A DNA stretch of 64,000 bases from an uncultured Alphaproteobacteria bacterium (lineage in GTDB: Bacteria; Pseudomonadota; Alphaproteobacteria; RF32; CAG-239), in contig CALXTV010000001.1 of assembly GCA_944391505.1 (NCBI GenBank), forward strand, positions 34,651-98,650, in the 5' to 3' direction. The notes below the pieces were generated by a model. It was not told where the DNA came from and did no database searches. It saw only the letters and a program-made list of their open reading frames with translations. Positions within the stretch are counted from its first letter, which is position 1. Each line of letters starts with the position of its first letter. Below, one piece after another: positions 7,551 to 16,788 of the stretch. The position numbers and the translations under genes are program-made.

Positions 7551-10028
7551 CATTTAGCTTCCTTTCCAAATCAGATATGCTATACTTAGACACACAATCA
7601 GGCATCATTGAACCGGGTTATAGCTTCCTTTCCAAATCAGATATGCTATACTACTGCACAAATTCAGAATGTAGACGCCGATGTTATAGCTTCCTTTCCA
7701 AATCAGATATGCTATACTTTAAAAAAACCTTTCTACCTAATAGGGTTCGTTATAGCTTCCTTTCCAAATCAGATATGCTATACTACACTTAATACAGGCA
7801 TGCTCATCCCAATTGTTATAGCTTCCTTTCCAAATCAGATATGCTATACTAACACCATGAATGTGAACCGTGTTTGCATAGTTATAGCTTCCTTTCCAAA
7901 TCAGATATGCTATACTTTCGGGGTGCGGAAAAACCACAAAAGCCCGGTTATAGCTTCCTTTCCAAATCAGATATGCTATACTTCCGGAAGATTCAGCTTT
8001 GCAAGAAATTAAGTTATAGCTTCCTTTCCAAATCAGATATGCTATACTCTTTTGAATATTTTCCTTTGTAGTCTTTATGTTATAGCTTCCTTTCCAAATC
8101 AGATATGCTATACTTGGCCGGATTAAAAGCCATCATTGAAGCCAGTTATAGCTTCCTTTCCAAATCAGATATGCTATACTGTTATTGTCGGCATTTATGC
8201 TTACCAGTATGTTATAGCTTCCTTTCCAAATCAGATATGCTATACTACGTGTTTAGCTTGAACATGGGTCGCTTGCGTTATAGCTTCCTTTCCAAATCAG
8301 ATATGCTATACTCGGTTTTCGCCGCCGACCTGGTTAACTTCCGTTATAGCTTCCTTTCCAAATCAGATATGCTATACTGGTTCGGAAGTACGAAACACCA
8401 AATTATTTGTTATAGCTTCCTTTCCAAATCAGATATGCTATACTGGCACCACAGTCACATTTGACCCGACAGACGTTATAGCTTCCTTTCCAAATCAGAT
8501 ATGCTATACTAATGAGAACCGCAACGTTTGGCGCGGTGATGTTATAGCTTCCTTTCCAAATCAGATATGCTATACTAATCATCTTTTGGATTAAAAGAAT
8601 TAATGAGTTATAGCTTCCTTTCCAAATCAGATATGCTATACTTGTCAGTTCATCGTCACGAAATGGTCAGAAGTTATAGCTTCCTTTCCAAATCAGATAT
8701 GCTATACTGACAGAAGAATTTATGCCCGAACAGCGGCAGTTATAGCTTCCTTTCCAAATCAGATATGCTATACTAGCGCAAAAGTCTATTCAGATAATGA
8801 ATGGGTTATAGCTTCCTTTCCAAATCAGATATGCTATACTAGATCAATAAATACAGCCTGCCAAAACTCAGTTATAGCTTCCTTTCCAAATCAGATATGC
8901 TATACTTTTTTATCACAAAAGACCAGACATTAAAGAGTTATAGCTTCCTTTCCAAATCAGATATGCTATACTGGCACCACAGTCACATTTGACCCGACGG
9001 ATGTTATAGCTTCCTTTCCAAATCAGATATGCTATACTCAAATGAAACGTCTTATGGCTGCTGGTCTTGTTATAGCTTCCTTTCCAAATCAGATATGCTA
9101 TACTAAAATTGGTCGTATGCGTGGGATTACGTCTGTTATAGCTTCCTTTCCAAATCAGATATGCTATACTTCATTCATAAGTAATATTCAAACAGTTGGA
9201 GTTATAGCTTCCTTTCCAAATCAGATATGCTATACTCACATTATCACGCCATAATCTTTGGATGGAGTTATAGCTTCCTTTCCAAATCAGATATGCTATA
9301 CTCACATTATCACGCCATAATCTTTGGATGGAGTTATAGCTTCCTTTCCAAATCAGATATGCTATACTTACTCAGACAATGATTGGCTTACAAATCCTGT
9401 TATAGCTTCCTTTCCAAATCAGATATGCTATACTTCTCTTAGCTTCTCTTCCTTTTGGTACAGAGTTATAGCTTCCTTTCCAAATCAGATATGCTATACT
9501 AAAAAAAAGAGACTGGAGACTGTGGAAAACGTTATAGCTTCCTTTCCAAATCAGATATGCTATACTGAAAAATATGAAAATAATGAAATCATATTTGTTA
9601 TAGCTTCCTTTCCAAATCAGATATGCTATACTATCTGAAGAGAATATGTTAACCGGAATGTTGTTATAGCTTCCTTTCCAAATCAGATATGCTATACTAA
9701 CTTTCGGATGAATAATATGATTGGAGGAGTTATAGCTTCCTTTCCAAATCAGATATGCTATACTCAAGCTTTAGCAAACGCAATTTTGGAAGCAGTTATA
9801 GCTTCCTTTCCAAATCAGATATGCTATACTTGATATTCTGGTTCGACGATGCCTGTCTGTGTTATAGCTTCCTTTCCAAATCAGATATGCTATACTAAAA
9901 GTATATGAAAGAAACAAAGCAATTAAGTTATAGCTTCCTTTCCAAATCAGATATGCTATACTTAAAATTAAAGAAATTGAAAACCTCGGAAAGTTATAGC
10001 TTCCTTTCCAAATCAGATATGCTATACT
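7551..10028 (+). CRISPR. Type II-C CRISPR array: 38 repeats of 36 bp (GTTATAGCTTCCTTTCCAAATCAGATATGCTATACT), 37 spacers of 30 bp
   Basis: Strict 66-bp period checked from 7551 to 9993; first repeat degenerate (CATTTAGCTT...), so the cas-distal end is the old end; orientation from tracrRNA complementarity. Confidence 0.99.
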
Positions 10029-10036
10029 ACATACTA

Positions 10037-10073
10037 AATAACCTGTTGATTTCTCAACAGGTTATTCCTTTTT
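10037..10073 (+). terminator. Hairpin/terminator at the cas-proximal end of the array
   Basis: AATAACCTGTTGA-tttc-TCAACAGGTTATT then ccTTTTT. Confidence 0.7.
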
Positions 10074-10085
10074 CGAAGTACAAAA

Positions 10086-10415
10086 CTAAAGCAATAAAAG
10101 CTGCTTATCACCTATTTCTTCCTCTTTTTTTAAGGTTCCAACTAAAATTTCCATCGAGGTATATTGTTTTTCTGTTATCGTTAACATTCTAACGCTTCCT
10201 TCCTTTGGAATCAAGGATTTTAGCCGCTTTGCATGTTTATCCACATCATCTTGACCTTTACAAATTCGCGAATAAACAGATAATTGCAACATTATATATC
10301 CGTCTTTCACAAGGAAATTCCTAAAGCGACTCGCATTACGCCGGTCAGTTTTGGTCAACGTCGGAAGATCAAAAAACACAATCATTCGCATATATCGTTC
10401 TCCTCCGACAGCCAT
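10086..10415 (-). CDS. cas2: CRISPR-associated endoribonuclease Cas2
   Basis: MRMIVFFDLPT...FRNFLVKDGYIMLQLSVYSRI. Confidence 0.97.
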   Translation of the reverse strand: MAVGGERYMRMIVFFDLPTLTKTDRRNASRFRNFLVKDGYIMLQLSVYSRICKGQDDVDKHAKRLKSLIPKEGSVRMLTITEKQYTSMEILVGTLKKEEEIGDKQLLLL

Positions 10416-10427
10416 TTATCCACAGCC

Positions 10428-11330
10428 TCATTCAAAAAGCGGCAATTTTTTTAATATTGGTATCTGTAAACACTTAATATCTTTTTGCCTTATTGATTTT
10501 ACGAAACTAATTGCCAACAACTCACAGGCTTTTAAAAGACTGACTTCTTCGTTATTAAAAATGCAGTTTTGCATTAAACTGCCAACCAAATAATTTTTAT
10601 CCAAAGATGCCAGCTCTGTTTTACCAGCCATATTCATTTTACTTACCTGATAATCAATAAAAGGACGAAAAGGCTCCATTAAATCATCAACCAAATTAAA
10701 TTGGTTTAGTTTATTTGCATGATGAATACCAAAACAAGGTTGCAAACCCGAACCGACAACAGATCGGGCCATACAACCACGAATAATAGCATAACCATAA
10801 TTTAAAGCCGAATTACGAATATCCGTATCATCATTGCGATTAAAGTTTTCAAATAAACTTTTCCAATAGATACCTGCCGCAAAAGCCTCAGAATTTTTGG
10901 CGTCTCCTGATTGTACCTGTTTTGAGATTTCTCGTAACTTTGAAAAATTAACACAATTAAGAATCTCTAGACACATCGCCTGATTGTTAATTTTGGCTTT
11001 AACAATTTCCTGCCACAAACGTTTTTTCAAAGGCTCAGACACTCCAATCTGCAGCCAGGCAATTTCAGAATAGCGAGAATGATTATGAAAAGGAAAGAAC
11101 ACGCCTGAGGGCAAATGACTGCCATCACAAGTAAAAAGAACAATATCATATTCAGACAATTCTGAAAACAAATAGTTATTCAAAGAAATTTGTTTATTTT
11201 CCAAAATAAGAACCGAAATATCTTCCAGCGGAATTTTCAAACCATCTCCCTCCTGAGGCACATAAAGAAGCTGCTTATCTTTGATGCTCAACCGGCAGGG
11301 TTTAGTTATTTGAACAATCCGCCATCCCAT
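10428..11330 (-). CDS. cas1: CRISPR-associated endonuclease Cas1 (type II)
   Basis: NSALNYGYAIIRG...FGIHHAN..NQFNLVDDLMEPFRP. Confidence 0.97.
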   Translation of the reverse strand: MGWRIVQITKPCRLSIKDKQLLYVPQEGDGLKIPLEDISVLILENKQISLNNYLFSELSEYDIVLFTCDGSHLPSGVFFPFHNHSRYSEIAWLQIGVSEPLKKRLWQEIVKAKINNQAMCLEILNCVNFSKLREISKQVQSGDAKNSEAFAAGIYWKSLFENFNRNDDTDIRNSALNYGYAIIRGCMARSVVGSGLQPCFGIHHANKLNQFNLVDDLMEPFRPFIDYQVSKMNMAGKTELASLDKNYLVGSLMQNCIFNNEEVSLLKACELLAISFVKSIRQKDIKCLQIPILKKLPLFE

Positions 11331-11333
11331 AAG

Positions 11334-14330
11334 TCATCCTTTCTGTTGCCGCTCTTTACGCCTTTGAGCGTTAGATTTCATTAGAGTCAAAGGAAGCCTC
11401 ATTTCATGTTTGACTTCAGTTATATTTCCCAAGGGATCTACAGAATATTTTTGAAAAGATTCTTGAGTTTTTACTCCTATTCCCCTATATACCAACTCTC
11501 TATCATGAACTCTGATAGAAACTGCACCGGTAGCTCTATCTGTTCCTTTAAAATAGCCAAATATTTCCTTTTCTCCCTTTTTAACCTTGATCAAATCATC
11601 CATATAAAGACTAAACATAAAAGAAAAACTTTCATCAACAGGCAACCATTCATCCTCAAACTTCAACTGAACAATAGCTTTGTTTGGCAGTTCCTTGCCC
11701 ATATCAGATAAATAAATCGGCACAAGGTAAAACTCATCCTTGCCTTTTTTATTTTTTTTCACAAACACGTCTGTTCGCAACATTGCTCCATTGTTAGCCA
11801 ACCCGCCTCGGACTTTAACGCCTGATTTTATATCTTTTTCACTATAATTTTTATGCGAAGGATTTAGCGAACGAATTGTTTCTTGATGTACCTCACCCGT
11901 AGCGGTTTTTCGCGGCGGACGAGAAACAAATATTTCATTCAATGATTGTTCAACACTTTCTCTAAAACCATGCCACGGTTCCAAAAATTTATATTTAAGC
12001 GACTTATACCAAGCCTCGCCATTTTCTTTAGTCTGAGCAATTTGCCACTTATTTTCCCACAAAGACGAGACCGTCGACAAATATTTAACCATTCCCTGAG
12101 TTGCACACGCAATAACAATAGCGTCTTGTGCGTGATGCCTGTCACTTTCATTACGATCTTTTTTCAACCCCCAGCAATGACGCAGATATGACGTTAATGC
12201 CCCTGTCCGCATTTGCACCCTATTTTTGATATCCTTACGATTCGCCGTGCTGAAATCAAGACCATCTTCCAAATACTGTTTAATATACCGTGCAATATAA
12301 TTGTTGTCATTGGCATTTCTCTCTCTAAATTCCAATTCTCTATCATCAAAAGTCTTATTCAATAAGGCTTCTTTTTTCTTATTATTACGTAATAAACGAA
12401 CTCTCGCTTCAAATTCTTCCCAGGCGTTTTTATCTTGAATATATTCAAACGGTGTCTTATTTCCCTTCATCCTGTTCTCCGACGAAAGACATAACACCTT
12501 ATTATTAAAAGAATCATCTAAAGATCGAGAATATGGAATAATATGATCTACATCTAAATAGCCCTCTTCATCCAGACGACGCAGATCTATCGGCTTGCCG
12601 GAGTAAATACATTTTCCGTCCTGTTCCTGATACAAACGATATTTTAAGATATTTTTAGAAGTTCCGCTAATACTTTCCCTTTGAAGTTCCTCTTTTGCCT
12701 CTTGCTTTTCCTGCTCATTCTCCTTATTTTTATTAATAATTTTTCGCCTTTCTTCAAAATTCTTTTTTAAATCACGCCCAGTCTCAATATTGATCTGATC
12801 CGGAACACCAAATTGCCGCACCATTGCATTATAAACTTTTCGAAATTGCGCCACAGTGCGATTAACAACCGGAACCTTTGTTTGTTTTTCGGCAGGAATG
12901 ACACTCAACAAAATTCCCTTTTTTTCAACCAGTTTATCAGCACTTTTTCTAAAATCATATCCGGCCTTTTCACAAGCCTCATTATACTTCATCCCTTGCT
13001 TCATATAAGGAATAATTTTATATAAGGCTTTAAAAGATAAATTAATAAATTTATCAGTCACAAAAGAAGCAAACTTCTCAAGATATTTATCGGGAATTCC
13101 GATCTCCCTCAATTCTTTGATAATATTTTCATCATTTTTTTCACTGGCTATAACATTAACAACCTTATCCAACAGCGGAATATTCAAACTAATCTCACGC
13201 CACTCATCTTTTTCAAATAACGATTTTAATTTATGCCAGCCTTTCATTTCATAAAACACGACATCTTCAGGATTAATTTCTTTGACAGCGCCATCTTTGG
13301 TTCTTTTCTCTGTCCGGCTATAATCAACATCTGCGAATTGAATATTTTTTCCACCTAGAATCTTTTTGGAAATTGTCTGATATTTTACTTTTTGAGTATT
13401 ATAAAGCAGTTCTAATAAAGCATTTTTTTCTTCTAAAGACAAAAACCTTTTTTGACCATTTTCATAAACAGCCAAATTATTAATTTTCCCTAATGCTACA
13501 AAAATTTCAGAACTTGGAGCCTCTTTAGGCGCCCTTTTTTCCCCTTTTTCAAAGCTGCAGAAACCAACCATTTGGGCAATACTTCCCATAGGCTTATACC
13601 TGAAAGCTATCTTTTTAAAATCATTAAATAAATCCTCACTGAAAATACCGTATTGTTTTTGTTGCGCATAAATTAAATCTAGCTCTCGTTCAATTTCCGT
13701 CCTGGGAATTGAATTATTGTATACAGCCCTTACCCCTTTTGAATCTGTTTCCGTATAATTTCGTTTTTTTCCTGTTTTACCTGCTCTTTCAACAATAACT
13801 TGAGCCAAAGTTTTCCCGTCTGACAATAATTTTTTATTTTCATTAATTGCCTCAAGTACTTTTCCACCCTCAGCATCATATTTTTCTTCGGCTTTTCTGT
13901 AAGATTTAAAACCTCGATGCTTGGCCAAATGGGTTAAAACCCGCAAAAGCTCCTCTTTCGAAAGTTTTTCGGATATCCCTTTTACGCGCAAATCCCAAAC
14001 ATCTCCACCACACTGCCCAGCATAAAGAGCATTCAATTCATTCAAATCAGAAATCAAATGTTTGGCAACAAAGAGCCTTTTTATGCCTTCCATACGTCTT
14101 GCTTTACGCCGACATATGCGCCTTGCCAGACGTTTCTCCCGTCGCGGTGCAGCCAAAGAAGAACCATCTTTGGGATTCTCAGCAACCGGGAAACACCTGA
14201 CACCGGATTTTATAACCCTGCCTTCAACAACTTCTCCCGTTTCCGAATTAAAATATTCATTGTCAAATTCGACAACAGCCCAACCTATTGAGGCAATTCC
14301 CAAATCAAAACCAAAAATCTTTTTTTTCAT
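11334..14330 (-). CDS. cas9: Type II-C Cas9, 998 aa
   Basis: Ruv[14 protein letters not shown], Arg-rich bridge helix, [24 protein letters not shown], Ruv[15 protein letters not shown]; no csn2/cas4 in the locus. Confidence 0.99.
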   Translation of the reverse strand: MKKKIFGFDLGIASIGWAVVEFDNEYFNSETGEVVEGRVIKSGVRCFPVAENPKDGSSLAAPRREKRLARRICRRKARRMEGIKRLFVAKHLISDLNELNALYAGQCGGDVWDLRVKGISEKLSKEELLRVLTHLAKHRGFKSYRKAEEKYDAEGGKVLEAINENKKLLSDGKTLAQVIVERAGKTGKKRNYTETDSKGVRAVYNNSIPRTEIERELDLIYAQQKQYGIFSEDLFNDFKKIAFRYKPMGSIAQMVGFCSFEKGEKRAPKEAPSSEIFVALGKINNLAVYENGQKRFLSLEEKNALLELLYNTQKVKYQTISKKILGGKNIQFADVDYSRTEKRTKDGAVKEINPEDVVFYEMKGWHKLKSLFEKDEWREISLNIPLLDKVVNVIASEKNDENIIKELREIGIPDKYLEKFASFVTDKFINLSFKALYKIIPYMKQGMKYNEACEKAGYDFRKSADKLVEKKGILLSVIPAEKQTKVPVVNRTVAQFRKVYNAMVRQFGVPDQINIETGRDLKKNFEERRKIINKNKENEQEKQEAKEELQRESISGTSKNILKYRLYQEQDGKCIYSGKPIDLRRLDEEGYLDVDHIIPYSRSLDDSFNNKVLCLSSENRMKGNKTPFEYIQDKNAWEEFEARVRLLRNNKKKEALLNKTFDDRELEFRERNANDNNYIARYIKQYLEDGLDFSTANRKDIKNRVQMRTGALTSYLRHCWGLKKDRNESDRHHAQDAIVIACATQGMVKYLSTVSSLWENKWQIAQTKENGEAWYKSLKYKFLEPWHGFRESVEQSLNEIFVSRPPRKTATGEVHQETIRSLNPSHKNYSEKDIKSGVKVRGGLANNGAMLRTDVFVKKNKKGKDEFYLVPIYLSDMGKELPNKAIVQLKFEDEWLPVDESFSFMFSLYMDDLIKVKKGEKEIFGYFKGTDRATGAVSIRVHDRELVYRGIGVKTQESFQKYSVDPLGNITEVKHEMRLPLTLMKSNAQRRKERQQKG

Positions 14331-14387
14331 TGCGCCATTCCCAAAATACTATTGACTTTAAGCTTATCAATTAATAGTATTTATGCA

Positions 14388-14497
14388 AGGAATTTTTTGG
14401 TTATGTATCTGATTTGGAAAGGAAGCTATAATAATCGAAAAATTTCGAGTGGGGCTCTGACGAACTGTTTTTTCAACAGATAGTCATCCCCTTTTTT
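14388..14497 (+). ncRNA. tracrRNA: tracrRNA
   Basis: 26-nt exact anti-repeat TATCTGATTTGGAAAGGAAGCTATAA (14406-14431), 3' stem-loop GGGG..TGAC..CTGTT/AACAG..GTCA.CCCC and T6 tail; TTGACT-18-TAGTAT upstream. 5' end approximate. Confidence 0.88.
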
Positions 14498-14513
14498 AGT
14501 AACCGAATTTCCG

Positions 14514-14749
14514 CGGATACGAAAAAAGACGCTGTTATCTAGCGTCTTTTTAATCAAAATGGCGGAGAGATAGGGATTACTCTGCGCTAAAGCTTGAGTT
14601 GCACAGGCACTCATCGGCTTTCCAAGCCGACCGGCGTACTCCCGTCCGCCTTTCGCTGGTAGTCGAACCCTATCTCTAGGGTTCAAATCCAACCTTCCTC
14701 ATCATTTACAACAAAACCCGCACAAGGCGGGCTTTGTTGTAAATGGCGG
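14514..14749. repeat. Left 236-bp direct repeat (island boundary; contains tRNA-Ser 3' fragments and two hairpins)
   Basis: Matches 34488-34723 at offset 19974 with one substitution (ttatctagcg vs ttatccagcg); ends in TGGCGG, the reverse complement of the tRNA 3' end. Confidence 0.97.
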
Positions 14750-14808
14750 TGTAGTAAACCTCAACGGTATTAAGCATACTAAATCAAAAACACTCCAATC
14801 CCAAATAA

Positions 14809-14935
14809 CAGGGAATCTACAGGGAATTTTATCTTGTTTCTCTCCCCTCATACCACCATATTTACCTTGAATTGCTTAGCTTACCAAAACATCTCTCCCT
14901 AAATTATCAGGGAATTTAAAATTAAATACAGGGAA
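14809..14935 (+). repeat. Four CAGGGAA motifs at the island left end (possible recombinase accessory sites)
   Basis: CAGGGAA at 14809, 14820, 14908 and 14929; inverted TCCCT at 14896. Confidence 0.5.
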
Positions 14936-15018
14936 AATTTACAATTAGGAATTGCTTTTTGCAAAGTACAATAGTAACAATATATATTATTGATTATTGA
15001 AAGAATTAGGAAACAAAA

Positions 15019-16778
15019 ATGAGTTTTCAAGCGCCTTTAACAATTAAAAAAGCCCTAGAAAGAATAGATAAGAGAGAACTATTACTACCTGCAATCCAAA
15101 GAGAATTTGTATGGAGTGCAGATGATATAGAATTATTATTTGATTCTTTAATGTGCGATTTTCCAATAAACTCATTCCTTTTCTGGAAGGTAGATAATGC
15201 TGAGAATAAAAATCAGTATAAATATTACCAATTTCTAACTAAATATATTGAATATTACCACGAAACTGCTGATTCTTTTAATACAAATGGAGTAAATGAC
15301 TTTTGTGCTGTACTGGATGGACAACAAAGACTAACAGCGCTATATCTTGGGCTAAAAGGATCTTATGCATATAAAAAACCTTATGCTCACTGGGATAATT
15401 TAGATAACTATCCAGAACGAAAATTATATTTAGATATCTGGAAAAAATATAAAGAATATACAGAAGAAGAACATAAAAATATTGCTGAATATGATGATGA
15501 AAGAGAATATGGCTTCTACTTTTTAACAGAACAAGAGTTTAATAACTTAGGTGGTTCCTCACGTTTCTTTAAAGTAGGAGACATTTTAACAGAAAATACA
15601 AAGATGTATCCTGTCTCATAAAAACATTAGAAGAACAGTTTCCCAACAACAAATTTGCTCATGATACCATAGCAAAGTTATATGAGATTATTTATAACAA
15701 ACCTTTAATCAACTATTATCTTGAAGAAACAGAAGATTATGATAAAGCACTAAAAATCTTTATAAGAACAAATAGCGGAGGAGAAAAATTATCTTTTTCA
15801 GATCTGCTAATATCTACAATTATTTCAACTTGGACTTCCGTTGATGCAAGAACAGAATTTAATAATTTAGAAAAAGAAATAAAAAACATGGGATTTTATA
15901 ATTTTTCGAAAGAATTCATTGTTCGATGCGCTCTCCTCGCTTATAGCAAAGATATAAAATTTAAAGTTAATAATTTATCTTCTGAATGTTTATTTCAATT
16001 TGAAAAAGAATGGAATTCTGAAGGAGGGTTAAAGGCTACAATTAAAGAAGCTTTTACATTATTAAAAAATTACGGCCATAATGATAATACAATTACATCA
16101 TACAATGCAATTGCCTTAATTGTTTATTATTTAAATCACTCTGGAAAAACCAAACAATTTTGTGATAAGGTGGCGTATAAACAAGATAGACTTATTATTT
16201 TAAAATGGCTAAATATTGTATTTCTAAAAAAGATATTTGGAGGCCAATCTGATTCAATTTTAAAAGAGATTCGTGATGTAATACAAAGATCTAAATCTCG
16301 TAACTTTCCTCTAGAAGAAATAAAAGAGAATCTAGAAGGAAAAAGAAAATCATTAAAAGTTGATAATGAATTTATAGAGAGCTTATTGTTTGAACAAAAG
16401 GAATCTAGATATGCCTTTCCAATTTTATCTTTACTATATGATGGTTCAGATTATAGAGCAACAAAGCACAAAGATCACCTTCACCCCGAATATTGCTTTA
16501 GCAAAAAAGAACTTAAGAAACTAAATCTGTCAGAGGATGACCTCAAATTCTATCAAGATAAAAATAACTGGAATAGCATTCTAAATCTTCAATTACTTTA
16601 TGGTAATGACAACGAAGCAAAAAATAAAAAATCTTTAAAAGAATGGATAGAAAAAAACAATATAAATTGTAAAGAACAGCTAATCCCTTCTAAATTTATC
16701 GATATTAAAGATTTTCGTAAATTTATTGAAGAACGCAAAAAAATCCTTACACAAAGGCTATTAAAAGCATTTGAATAA
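15019..16778 (+). pseudogene. DUF262 + DUF1524/HNH (GmrSD/SspE-like) nuclease with a single frameshift
   Basis: LPAIQREFVW and VLDGQQRLTAL in 15019-15621; the -1 frame continues KDVSC...IFIRTNSGGEKLSFSDLL into ORF 15888-16778 (HKDHLHP, NWNSILNLQLL); frames join near GAAAATAC at 15592-15599. Confidence 0.85.
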
Positions 16779-16788
16779 AAATATTTCT

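Noticed and set aside
9963-9992. Newest spacer shares AAAACCTCGGA with the 126-bp repeats at 41.1 kb
   Set aside because: Only 11 bp; not a protospacer. No self- or island-targeting spacer was found by eye, but the search was not exhaustive
7551-10028. Apparent excess of spacers open in frame 1 (25 of 37)
   Set aside because: Too close to chance expectation for 10-codon stretches to claim a bias
7502-10192. Many ORFs with repeating YSFLSKSDMLY / VIASFPNQICYT / SIAYLIWKGSYN peptides
   Set aside because: Translations of the CRISPR repeat; the 66-bp period is a multiple of 3
14426-14692. ORF MDLNPRDRVRL... duplicated at 34445-34666
   Set aside because: Read-through of the non-coding direct repeat, hairpins and tracrRNA; no RBS or domain
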